A stretch of 64,000 nucleotides of DNA from Patescibacteria group bacterium (GTDB taxonomy: Bacteria > Patescibacteriota > Microgenomatia > UBA1400 > PJMF01), in assembly GCA_039934415.1 (NCBI GenBank), contig JBDTME010000004.1, positions 632 through 64,631 on the forward strand, in the 5' to 3' direction. This document shows, one piece after another, positions 49,414 through 58,518 of this stretch. Position 1 is the first letter of the stretch, and every line of letters starts with the position of its first letter. Position numbers and translations under genes: made by a program. The notes under the pieces are model-generated. The model saw only the letters and a program-made list of their open reading frames with translations. It was not told the origin of the DNA and searched no databases.

Positions 49414-49890
49414 TTAAACTGTTAAATCATTTTCTGATTTTATGTCAACAGCATTTTGAAAAAGCTTTTGAAATACACCTGCGGCGGTAGCAATCACACC
49501 GAATGCTAATGATAAATAAATGCCAAGTGCTGTTGGACCTGCTGGATCATCACCATGCGCAAAGAAACGGAGGAAGAAAATTGCTAACACAATAAAAGCG
49601 ATAATACTAAGTGAAGCATATTTCATATTCTTGAGTGTATTAACAGCACCCTGGGAAAACGCTTTATTAGCATCAATGAAATTCAACAATTTGAATGCTT
49701 GGTATAACCCCACAAAAAATGGGATTGAAGCTATGTAAATATAGAGAATAAACGGATCTGTATAAATACTAATGAGGTTTAAGTTAACTGCTCTTCCTTC
49801 AGTTTGAGGAAACCAAAGCATACCGGTAAGCACACCGATTGCGATGAGACAAAGTATGGCTTTTAAGAATAGCGTTGAACTTCTTTTCAT
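49414..49890 (-). CDS. DUF2975 membrane protein
   Basis: Four TM segments, C-terminal AVDIKSENDLTV; usual partner of a YozG-like HTH. Confidence 0.9.
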   Translation of the reverse strand: MKRSSTLFLKAILCLIAIGVLTGMLWFPQTEGRAVNLNLISIYTDPFILYIYIASIPFFVGLYQAFKLLNFIDANKAFSQGAVNTLKNMKYASLSIIAFIVLAIFFLRFFAHGDDPAGPTALGIYLSLAFGVIATAAGVFQKLFQNAVDIKSENDLTV

Positions 49891-50114
49891 AATGAATACC
49901 TCACTTTAGATGGTTATATTGTGACAGATAATTTATCGATTGTCAATATATTATTATCGTTATTTTGAGTTTCATCTTAACTGCGACTATAACCCAAAAT
50001 AAGATATTCGGGTTCATCAACAGGTGTATCTACTGGATATTTATCGAGGTTTATTATCTTTTTCAACATTGCTCATAGTATATAAAAATTAGCTTTATAT
50101 TGATATACTTGAGC

Positions 50115-50193
50115 TACCGAATGATCTCTGTGATGAACGCACCTTTTGAGAGAACTGATGGCACGTTGTGATCCGTCTTAGCTACAGAGATCG
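50115..50193 (+). ncRNA. Structured RNA-like repeat R, copy 1
   Basis: TACCGAATGATCTCTGTG...CAGAGATCG behind a TGnTATACT promoter; homologous to 53379-53470 with compensatory changes. Confidence 0.6.
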
Positions 50194-50204
50194 CCTTTTT
50201 AAAT

Positions 50205-50342
50205 ATGCAAAAACTAAAGATAAAAATCGAAAATTGTTATGGAGTTAAAAAACTTGAACATGAATTTGATTTTACTGGTTTTAGAACTGCTGTAATTTAC
50301 GCCCCTAATGGAGTAATGAAAACCTCGAAGTACACTAATTAA
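50205..50342 (+). pseudogene. Truncated N-terminus of an ABC/SMC-like (AAA_13-type) ATPase
   Basis: MQKLKIKIENCYGVKKL...IYAPNGVMKTS; stops just after Walker A, where the duplicated gene begins. Confidence 0.7.
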
Positions 50343-50344
50343 AT

Positions 50345-51472
50345 ATGTCAGAACAAAGTCAACACTCAGAACCTAAAAAGATGAATCGTCGGGAATTTTT
50401 GCGTTTAGCAGTGAAGACCGGTGTAAGCCTTGTCGGTGGTGCTGTGCTGTCTGATCTCACTTTGAGAGGAAACCCAAGGGCTTCATCCAATGAGGAGGAT
50501 TCGAAACTACAAGAGTCAGAGCTAACTACTAGAATTCAAGAGCTGATTACAGACATAAAAAAAATGTCTTTGACAGAACTGGAACAACAAATCTTTAATG
50601 AATGCCCTGTTATTCCTCATTTGGCACAAGTGAAAGAGCACTTGCAGCAGATCACAGACATCCCTAAAGGAAGCATACTTTTAAAAGCTGGGACATCTGT
50701 GGCATGGAACATGCTTCAAAGCATTTACGGAACAGACGTCAATCCAGATCAAATCAATTTTGGCGCTGAACAAGAAAAACTCCGACTTGTTTTAGAATAT
50801 TTTCAGTTACCTTCGTGGGCATTGGAGCAGGCTTCACTTCTGGGTGAAGACATTGACCAGCTGCTGCATGATCCTCTATTTTGTAGCAAGAAACCTCGAG
50901 ATGTTGTGACTTCTCCGTACTCGATGCCGTGTCCGCCCAACCTGTCAGTCATTGACGCTTATATTGATTATTTTCATTCCAAAGTCGCGATTAATTTTGT
51001 TGGGACCAACTTGATGCACAATGAGGTTTCTTTAGAAGAGTTTGCAATGAAGTTGAAAGACCTCATACAACATTATTTATCTAAGAATGTAATTCCTATC
51101 CTCACAACTTTGCCTCATCCTCCAAATGACAATAGTGAGGTGTATAGAGAATGGTATGGAGAATCAAAGGAGACAATATTTTTGCCGGAGAATGCGTTGA
51201 GATACAATCTGCTGATCGTAAAACTGGCAGAGCTTTATCAAGTTCCCCTGATCAATTTGGAAAGAGGGGTTGTTGAATTAGCCGAGCATGATGGTACTGT
51301 CTTCCTTAGTTCAATGACAACGCAAATAGATCCAATCCACTTCTCGCATACTCCTGAAAAACACCCTTTAAGAAAACCTGAAGCTGATAAGAAATTTCAA
51401 ACAGGTGAAGAAGCAGTGAGTTATTTTACCGTTCTCACTCTCTATGAATTACTGAAAGTGATGGGAAAGTAA
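50345..51472 (+). CDS. SGNH/GDSL-hydrolase-like protein with twin-arginine-type signal, paralog 1
   Basis: NRREFL, GTSVA, VGTN and DPIHFS; paralog of 58519-59688. Confidence 0.65.
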   Translation: MSEQSQHSEPKKMNRREFLRLAVKTGVSLVGGAVLSDLTLRGNPRASSNEEDSKLQESELTTRIQELITDIKKMSLTELEQQIFNECPVIPHLAQVKEHLQQITDIPKGSILLKAGTSVAWNMLQSIYGTDVNPDQINFGAEQEKLRLVLEYFQLPSWALEQASLLGEDIDQLLHDPLFCSKKPRDVVTSPYSMPCPPNLSVIDAYIDYFHSKVAINFVGTNLMHNEVSLEEFAMKLKDLIQHYLSKNVIPILTTLPHPPNDNSEVYREWYGESKETIFLPENALRYNLLIVKLAELYQVPLINLERGVVELAEHDGTVFLSSMTTQIDPIHFSHTPEKHPLRKPEADKKFQTGEEAVSYFTVLTLYELLKVMGK

Positions 51473-51494
51473 TACTCCTCCATTTATTACATCT

Positions 51495-51734
51495 TAGGGG
51501 TCCGACTCCGGTTGCCGGTATAATTTTTTTCCAGGTTAACTCAAAAATCGCAGAAATTGTGGCTCGAACTTGGGGAGAACTTGATTTATTGAGGAAATTT
51601 AAGAAAAAGACAAAAACAATTACCGTATGGAGCTGGTGACCGTAATTGGCTCGAACCTAAGTGAATTAGTTACTCCAGGTTTAATTTTACAACTTAATGC
51701 TCTAAAGAGCCATATAAGTGTCAAAAGTTTTAAA
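51495..51734 (+). repeat. Junction repeat B+A, copy 1
   Basis: GGTCCGACTCCGGTTGCCGGTA ... GGCTCGAAC ... TGGAGCTGGTGACCGTA...GCTCGAACCTA plus conserved frame. Confidence 0.75.
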
Positions 51735-52377
51735 GTACGACTAACTCCTCCACAGTAATATTCTTGAACGACTTGATAATCTTATTTGCTATGTCTAATT
51801 CCTTAACAGTATGAGTCGTAGTAATTCCAACTACTTTCATCCCCGCTGCTTGAGCGGATTTGATTCCAGAGAGGGAATCTTCAAAGGCCACGCAATCTTT
51901 TGGGTCTATTGAGATTCTTTTTGCAGCTAAGAGGTAAATTTCAGGATCTGGCTTACCTTTAGAAATTTCTTCGGCAGTAACTATTTGCTTGAAAAATTCT
52001 CGTACATTTAAACCATCCAAAATAAAGTCTGTGTAGGGTTTTCGAGCACTTGTAGCTATAGCTAAAGGAATATTTTTAGCTTGAAGTTCCTGAAGAAATT
52101 GCAGCAAGCCTTCAGTCAATGCAAGTTTTGGTTTAAATATAGAGATGGCGATCTTCACTCTCTCTGAGGAATATTGTTGTAATTCTATACGAGAAAGTTG
52201 TTTGTGAAATAAATAGGTAAATGTATCTGCTTCTGTTCTACCAAAAACCTTATGTTTAAAATCATCTTCTGTTAAATGAAACCCATACTTTTGACACAAT
52301 TGTCTCCAAGATTCTTGGTGAATTCGTTCATCGTCAACGATGACTCCGTTCATGTCAAAAACAACTGCTTTAAACAT
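51730..52377 (-). CDS. HAD family phosphatase (beta-PGM-like)
   Basis: FDMNGVIVD, ATS, KPDPE and FEDS..GI motifs. Confidence 0.92.
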   Translation of the reverse strand: MFKAVVFDMNGVIVDDERIHQESWRQLCQKYGFHLTEDDFKHKVFGRTEADTFTYLFHKQLSRIELQQYSSERVKIAISIFKPKLALTEGLLQFLQELQAKNIPLAIATSARKPYTDFILDGLNVREFFKQIVTAEEISKGKPDPEIYLLAAKRISIDPKDCVAFEDSLSGIKSAQAAGMKVVGITTTHTVKELDIANKIIKSFKNITVEELVVL

Positions 52378-52397
52378 ACGTATTAGTATAACTTTAT

Positions 52398-52514
52398 GAG
52401 CTGGTGACCGTACTTTGCTCGAACCTATCTAAATATATCACTCCAGAGTTAACGCTTCAATTAAGTATCCTGAAAAAACATTTAGGCATCAAGAGTTTCA
52501 AAAATATCAAGTAA
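52398..52514 (+). repeat. Junction repeat A, copy 2
   Basis: GAGCTGGTGACCGTACTTTGCTCGAACCTA, reading ELVTVLCSNL...KSFKNIK*. Confidence 0.75.
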
Positions 52515-52516
52515 AC

Positions 52517-53344
52517 TTATTTACCTTTGACTAATTTTAATGTTCTAGCGTTTTTTGCACTAACTACTTTTCTACTTGTTTTCGATTCAATTTCTTTTCT
52601 TGCATTCCCGGCAACAGTTCCACCTTCTCTAGCAACTTTTTTACTTTGATTAAACCCTTTTGGTTGACGTTTTTGTGATATTTCGGTTGTCGCTGTTTCT
52701 GCCAACATATTGAGTACCAATTCAAGATTGGTCATGTTATCTCTAAGATTCTCTTTCTTCAAACCTTTGAGGTTTTTGTATTGTTTTGTCGTTAATCCGG
52801 CCCATGCTTGGCTAATTTCATTTGTTAAAATTGCAAACTCTAATCCTTTTTTCACTCCACGGTTTTCCCATTCATCAGTTAATGCTTTTCGTACTTCGAT
52901 ACTTTTTAAACGCTGATTAACCCAATCTTGACTATATCCTTTCTCAAAGTAGGTCTTCAATGCCCTATTTATCGCCAACTCAGGATCAGCAGTTTCTTCC
53001 AACCTCTCATACCCCACACGTGCTAACCAGAGTTTAAACGGTTCAGCATTGGGAGAAGGAACACTTTGGATGATACGCAACATTACTTCTGTATCGGCTG
53101 CGTCTGTTAGATAATATTTCCCATCATTGGATTGCATTTTGAGTTGGTGACACCTTGTCACCGACTCACTTCCTTCTTTTCGTAATCTTTCAGCTAGTTT
53201 GTTCCAATATTTTCTTGGATTCTTGCTACCTGACAGTATGGCAATTACGTCCACTACAGAAAAATACCATTTTTCTTCTTTTTTGTTCCAAAGACGACGG
53301 ATATTTTTTCCTTCAAAAATAGCAATTTTAGTAGAAGTCGACAT
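52517..53344 (-). CDS. Bro-N domain / phage antirepressor-like protein
   Basis: WYFSVVDV, QSVPSPNAEPFKLWLA and NLRDNMT motifs. Confidence 0.88.
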   Translation of the reverse strand: MSTSTKIAIFEGKNIRRLWNKKEEKWYFSVVDVIAILSGSKNPRKYWNKLAERLRKEGSESVTRCHQLKMQSNDGKYYLTDAADTEVMLRIIQSVPSPNAEPFKLWLARVGYERLEETADPELAINRALKTYFEKGYSQDWVNQRLKSIEVRKALTDEWENRGVKKGLEFAILTNEISQAWAGLTTKQYKNLKGLKKENLRDNMTNLELVLNMLAETATTEISQKRQPKGFNQSKKVAREGGTVAGNARKEIESKTSRKVVSAKNARTLKLVKGK

Positions 53345-53378
53345 ATTCCGATTCTAACAGATTTTGATATACTTAGAT

Positions 53379-53470
53379 TACCGAATGATCTCTGTGGTGA
53401 AAGTACCTTATCATTAGGGAGCGAATGTCGACAGTAATGGATTACTGATTCGTCTCGGCTGCAGAGATCG
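53379..53470 (+). ncRNA. Structured RNA-like repeat R, copy 2
   Basis: Same ends and inner stem as 50115-50193; TGATATACT promoter at 53365-53373. Confidence 0.6.
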
Positions 53471-53481
53471 AAATTAATTCT

Positions 53482-54105
53482 ATGGCAGCACCTGCAACAC
53501 ATATTATTCTAGCTGATAAAATTTTTGAGAAATATTTTCAAAATACAACCAAGTCTGATTTTTACATAGGAACTAGTTTTCCTGATATTCGGTATCTTGG
53601 AGTTATTGATCGTGAAAAGACACATTTTATCGATTTAAGTATCCAAGCACTTATTTCATTGCCTCCCTTTGAAGCAGGCTTAAAATTCCATTCACTCGTT
53701 GACAAAGTGAGGGAAAAATTCATGAGATCGCAGAATGTTTATTCATTGGTCCCTGAGTCTCCATTTATCACACAAGCACTGAAGTTCTTTGAAGATGAGG
53801 TTTTATACGAGAAACGTAATAACTGGAACGAAATAGCTTCTTACTTTGGAAAAGTTACAAATGAAGAATCGTGCTTTGGCATAAAAACTGCTGATATAGA
53901 GAAGTGGCATAAATTCTTGCAAACATATTTCACGACTAAACCCCATAATCAAAATATTCGTGAGTTCGTAGCAGCTATAAACAAACCAAAAGAGATGGCT
54001 AAGGAGATAATACGACTTACTGAGATAATGGAAGACAACATACAGTTAAAAAGAATTGTTCTTGATTTCTATAACCATTTTGGAGATCTTTTAACAGACC
54101 TTTAG
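53482..54105 (+). CDS. Hypothetical protein, possible zinc-dependent phospholipase C/P1-like fold
   Basis: N-terminal H, G..FPD, TH and H...D spacing. Confidence 0.5.
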   Translation: MAAPATHIILADKIFEKYFQNTTKSDFYIGTSFPDIRYLGVIDREKTHFIDLSIQALISLPPFEAGLKFHSLVDKVREKFMRSQNVYSLVPESPFITQALKFFEDEVLYEKRNNWNEIASYFGKVTNEESCFGIKTADIEKWHKFLQTYFTTKPHNQNIREFVAAINKPKEMAKEIIRLTEIMEDNIQLKRIVLDFYNHFGDLLTDL

Positions 54106-54343
54106 GTTCAATTCCCGTTACTGGTAAAATTTTTCTTTTCTCTTGGCTAAAATTTGTTGGCTCGAACTCGTTTTTAGATTGATCTCTCGTTATAATTCGT
54201 TGTTTTTCAAATTTTAGTACCGTTTGGAGCTGGTAACGGTACTTTGCTCGAACCTACACCGTCTTGTAACTCCTGATATGATTTTACAACTTCAAGCATT
54301 AAAAGACCATCTAGGCCTCAAAAGTTTTAAGAATATGAAATAA
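54103..54343 (+). repeat. Junction repeat B+A, copy 3
   Basis: GGTTCAATTCCCGTTACTGGTA ... GGCTCGAAC ... TGGAGCTGGTAACGGTACTTTGCTCGAACCTA plus conserved frame. Confidence 0.75.
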
Positions 54344-54521
54344 TTTTTGTCAGATATTCCGCGAAAATTGGTGAGATGGTTTTGTTTACCTTTTTGTTTG
54401 GATGGCTGTCCCAAAGCAACAATGGAGTTTCGGTCTTGATTCGGCTATACTTTATCAGCTTTGAAAGATTACTGGTTTTTTGTATTTATAAGTAATCTCA
54501 ATCTATGGTAGGAAAATCACT

Positions 54522-55787
54522 ATGAGAGGCATCGAAAACGGAGGTTTTTATTTAGAAAATCCTGAAAGTGACAAAGATAAAGAATATTACAATAGACTAA
54601 AACAATTAGTGGATCAAGGCAGAGTTCTTGTGAAGTTGATTATAGGTCCCACCCGTAGTGCATCAACACTAATGGAAGAGTGCCTATCAAAAAGCCCAGA
54701 CATCGATTATAAATGTCACGAACCACTTCTTGCGTACAACGCTGATGGTCCTATCATCAACCCTTCAGGCTATCAGCTCATATACGAAAGGATTGGTGGA
54801 GAAATTTTTGAAAAATCAGGGCAACAAGCCACTATCCTTATCAAGGATATTACTTACTGGCTTTATAACTCTGGGGAATACAAAAAATTATTTGATTTAG
54901 CTCAAGACCCTATTCTTTTTCTTATACGAAACCCATTTATTACGATGGAATCTCGCATGAGAAAAGTTGCAGAGAGTCTCCCTTCAAATCTAGATCAGCT
55001 AACCAAACGAGCCATACTATCGTTATGTGGCCATGAAGGCGATGAAGGACTGAGTGATGAGGGAGTATTTGCGTTATATGCCAACATGCAAGGATTTTTA
55101 AGTTGGGAAGAATTATTAGCTCATTCGTTTGCGAATCATGACTACCACTCTATTGGAAAAGTTCTAGAAGTGAGTGAGTCATGGTTCAACGTAGACGCTT
55201 GGGGCTCTAATTCATTAGAGGGACAAATAGCATATTTGGAGGGGTTAAGGAGAAGTGTTATTTTGATTGATAGTACCACATTTCGTTTGAATGCTCAGGC
55301 AGCTGCACAAGCAATCTGCAGCCAATGGGCTATAGAATATCAGGATGAAATGATTTACTGGGGAAAAGGAAATCTGAAGCTTGATGAACGCGCAGATTCG
55401 ATTTGGTTCACGAGAATAGCATCAAGTAGTGGAGTTGAACCTCCTACTGAAATTCCTTTGCTTCTTGCCGAGTTACCTGAGTTTATTCAAAAGCAATTGC
55501 TACAAAAAGACCTTCCAGCCTATGCTCGGTTAATGAGGCATCCTGCAATGATAGCAAATCATAGTATAGGCGATATTACCTTTGAAATGCCATTAAATGA
55601 TCAAAATCTTAGTAGATTACTTGAATTAGGAATTATTAATGAATCAGATCCTCAGCCGAGAGTGACAATCCAAGATGTTGATCCCATTTTCGCAGTTTGT
55701 AAAAATCCCCAACTACTCAATGACGCCTCTTATTTGAATAGAAAGAGGGCTTACCAAGATATTTTTAATATCATTAGAGAATCTTGA
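54522..55787 (+). CDS. Sulfotransferase-like P-loop protein
   Basis: GPTRSASTL, HEP, IKD and FLIRNP....S motifs. Confidence 0.65.
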   Translation: MRGIENGGFYLENPESDKDKEYYNRLKQLVDQGRVLVKLIIGPTRSASTLMEECLSKSPDIDYKCHEPLLAYNADGPIINPSGYQLIYERIGGEIFEKSGQQATILIKDITYWLYNSGEYKKLFDLAQDPILFLIRNPFITMESRMRKVAESLPSNLDQLTKRAILSLCGHEGDEGLSDEGVFALYANMQGFLSWEELLAHSFANHDYHSIGKVLEVSESWFNVDAWGSNSLEGQIAYLEGLRRSVILIDSTTFRLNAQAAAQAICSQWAIEYQDEMIYWGKGNLKLDERADSIWFTRIASSSGVEPPTEIPLLLAELPEFIQKQLLQKDLPAYARLMRHPAMIANHSIGDITFEMPLNDQNLSRLLELGIINESDPQPRVTIQDVDPIFAVCKNPQLLNDASYLNRKRAYQDIFNIIRES

Positions 55788-55796
55788 TTTAGGATA

Positions 55797-56774
55797 TTAC
55801 TCACTCTGTCCAATGACATGAGATGCATGACGAAGCGCATCGTTAAATTCCCGTGGGTTTCTTAGAACTACATTAGCAGTTAATAAGAATTCCGTTGCAT
55901 CTGAAGTTGTATCCAAGTTGCCCTCAATGCCAATAACTACACCATTCCTTATGCTAGTAACCCTTGATAAGGGAGCATCGCCAAAACCATCAGCTGCAAA
56001 AGCCCACGTACCTTCAATGTGCTGTGCAGCTATTCCTTTGTCTATTAAGTTACCATCTAGTTTTCCTTTGATACCAATAATAGCTAGATTACCGTTTTCT
56101 TCATTTGGTTGCATTCGAAACGTATTAACTGCAACGTCTCTATCGTAGTTGAGTCCAAATTCGATTGCTAGTTGATGAAATATCGGTTCGAATTTTCCCA
56201 TCACTATTTTCCTGTCCTGGGAAGGATCTCCATCATAATGGAACCAGAATGAGGACCTACACTCTCCTTGCCATTGAAAATTACCTGGAGCAAAAGTGAA
56301 TTGACCTACCTTAGCTGCTGACTGAACAAGATGCCATTCTGGGAGGAATTCAGGATGGCTTTGTAAGGTGGCTTTTATAGCATCCATATATGCTCTATGA
56401 TTTGGATGTCCCAAGTATTCAATTTGGCCATTTTGAATAATTGTTTGGCCCTCTTCTAAAATAGCAGGACCAGAAAGTTTCAATTCTTGTTCTCGTAGAT
56501 AATTAACAACATGTATTCCTCTTCCTGTAGCGGGACCAATCGATACGCCCTGAGCTTCAAGCAATCTAAGTGTCACCAGAATTTCAGGGGTAGTTAATTC
56601 TGGCACGTGGAGACTATCGGCTCTAAAAATGACCCCATCCATGTCTAAAAGGAGTTTAGGATTTGGTTGAGATAGTAAATGTTCAGCAAGTAAATTACCA
56701 GCTGTTTCAATAATCCTCTGTCTCTCTTTAGATTCATCTCCTTCTGGAGAATAGGGTGATGGTCTTTCCTTCAT
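55797..56774 (-). CDS. HAD-IIB-like hydrolase
   Basis: DMDGV, ATGR, DKG and ADGFGD motifs. Confidence 0.75.
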   Translation of the reverse strand: MKERPSPYSPEGDESKERQRIIETAGNLLAEHLLSQPNPKLLLDMDGVIFRADSLHVPELTTPEILVTLRLLEAQGVSIGPATGRGIHVVNYLREQELKLSGPAILEEGQTIIQNGQIEYLGHPNHRAYMDAIKATLQSHPEFLPEWHLVQSAAKVGQFTFAPGNFQWQGECRSSFWFHYDGDPSQDRKIVMGKFEPIFHQLAIEFGLNYDRDVAVNTFRMQPNEENGNLAIIGIKGKLDGNLIDKGIAAQHIEGTWAFAADGFGDAPLSRVTSIRNGVVIGIEGNLDTTSDATEFLLTANVVLRNPREFNDALRHASHVIGQSE

Positions 56775-56850
56775 AAAAATGTGTTAACTTAAATTGTATT
56801 TATTATAATTGACACCTACTATACTATAGTGTCATAACAAAACTTTGGAT

Positions 56851-57675
56851 ATGAACAAACAAATAACTTTTGCTTCTCTTGGTGATCTTTGCATAGACGA
56901 TTATCAAAAATATGGCAGAATTTTCCCTGGTGGTACCGCTTTTAATACAGCCGTTCATGCAAGCAAGACCGGAGCTCAAGTTAGCGTATTTTCAGTCATT
57001 GGAACTGATAAGTTCGCACAAACATTTCAAAATGCTTTTAAGTTATATGACATAGATAGCTCTCAAGTTCAAATTGTAGACGGCCAAACTAGTTCTATCA
57101 AGATAAGCATTGATAATAAGGGACAACCCACCTACTCTGATTGGGAGCTTGGGGTATTGAAGAATCACGTATTGACGCCGATTCAAAAAGCAAAGCTCAA
57201 AGAATATGACATAGCTAAAATGGCCTTCTTTAAACCACTTCGTACATTTTTTAACGAATTTAGCCAGCTCAATTTACCACTAACACTAAAAGTCGCCGAT
57301 TTTGCAGGTTCATCAATATATAGTAGCAGTACTTTAATCATTGAACGATATATAAAAAATTTTGATATTGTCATCAAAAGTTTAAACTTCAACGACTTTT
57401 ATTTTTTTTCGTTCTTACAAGAACTTTCAATTAAAAACGAAGGGAAAATTGTTCTAATTCTGCTAGGTGAAAAAGGTAGTATTGCTTTTTTGGACGGCAA
57501 ACAATATCAACAACCGAGTATAAAAGCTATAGTTAAAGACGCCAATGGTGCAGGTGATGCTTACATTGCTTGTTTTTTGGATTCGTATTTGAGGAAAAAA
57601 AATATTGCTGAGGCAATGTTTAGAGGAGCAAAAGCAGCTACTGAAAAAATTAGTAAGATTGGAACTATAGTCTAG
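56851..57675 (+). CDS. PfkB family carbohydrate kinase (fructoselysine 6-kinase-like)
   Basis: GD.CIDDY, PGGTAFN, LGEKG and DANGAGD motifs. Confidence 0.88.
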   Translation: MNKQITFASLGDLCIDDYQKYGRIFPGGTAFNTAVHASKTGAQVSVFSVIGTDKFAQTFQNAFKLYDIDSSQVQIVDGQTSSIKISIDNKGQPTYSDWELGVLKNHVLTPIQKAKLKEYDIAKMAFFKPLRTFFNEFSQLNLPLTLKVADFAGSSIYSSSTLIIERYIKNFDIVIKSLNFNDFYFFSFLQELSIKNEGKIVLILLGEKGSIAFLDGKQYQQPSIKAIVKDANGAGDAYIACFLDSYLRKKNIAEAMFRGAKAATEKISKIGTIV

Positions 57676-57687
57676 TTGCTTTCAATC

Positions 57688-58272
57688 TTACTTTACTTCA
57701 CCTTTATATAAGTTATTATCTCTAATGTATCTTGCTACTTTTTCACCAACTAGCTCAGTGGGGTCTTTACCAGCTAATATTGTTTTTCTGACATCACTGG
57801 ATGAAACTGCTACTTCATCAACTCCATTTAAAGGAATCATTCCTGGTAGTAGTGGGTGCATGGGGTTTTCTGGCCGAGGATAAACATGAACGCTAAAACG
57901 CTCTAACATTTTCAAATAATTATACCAACGGGGAAAGTTGGCTAAGTTATCGCTCCCAATCACCCACGCAAATGTATCCAATGGTTGTGCTTCTGCAAAG
58001 TGAACAAGTGTGTCATATGAATAGCTGACGCCCTCCTTATCCAACTCGTACCGATTTATTTCGACTGGTTTTCCAACAAAGTCCTGCAGCAACAACTCTA
58101 ACATTGCAAGACGATGAATAGGGTCAGTTAGAGTTTTTGAAAAAGCGTGCTGTCTTGCTGGAACCAACCAAATTTCATCAGGTACAAGTTGATCCAGAAG
58201 GCCTGAAACAATCTGCCCATGACCACGGTGAGGTGGATCAAAACTTGCCCCCATGATTTCGATTTTTTTCAT
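57688..58272 (-). CDS. nadD: Nicotinate-nucleotide adenylyltransferase
   Basis: SFDPPHRGH, IGSD, W and VSSS.VR motifs. Confidence 0.92.
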   Translation of the reverse strand: MKKIEIMGASFDPPHRGHGQIVSGLLDQLVPDEIWLVPARQHAFSKTLTDPIHRLAMLELLLQDFVGKPVEINRYELDKEGVSYSYDTLVHFAEAQPLDTFAWVIGSDNLANFPRWYNYLKMLERFSVHVYPRPENPMHPLLPGMIPLNGVDEVAVSSSDVRKTILAGKDPTELVGEKVARYIRDNNLYKGEVK

Positions 58273-58363
58273 ATTATTCGACCAGTATAAGAGTATAATT
58301 TCAAATCTTCAACTGATTTTGGCAAAATCATGTGAAGGAGATTATTCTATGGAACGGTGTCTA

Positions 58364-58437
58364 TGGAGCGGGCGAAGGGAATCGAACCCTCGTCACCAGT
58401 TTGGAAAACTGGCGCTCTACCATTGAGCTACGCCCGC
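58364..58437 (-). tRNA. tRNA-Gly(TCC), CCA encoded
   Basis: Anticodon arm CCAGT-TTTCCAA-ACTGG; 3' end ...CGCTCCA. Confidence 0.96.
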
Positions 58438-58518
58438 GTTGTCTTTATCAGACAAGGGTTATTGTACCAAAAAAGTAGAGTTTCTCAATGATTGGGCGTC
58501 GTAGTACACTAGTTAAAT

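Noticed and set aside
50100-54343. CRISPR array or classical integron attC interpretation of the repeats
   Set aside because: The repeats are long, diverged and separated by whole genes. I saw no cas genes, no IntI and no RYYYAAC...GTTRRRY ends.
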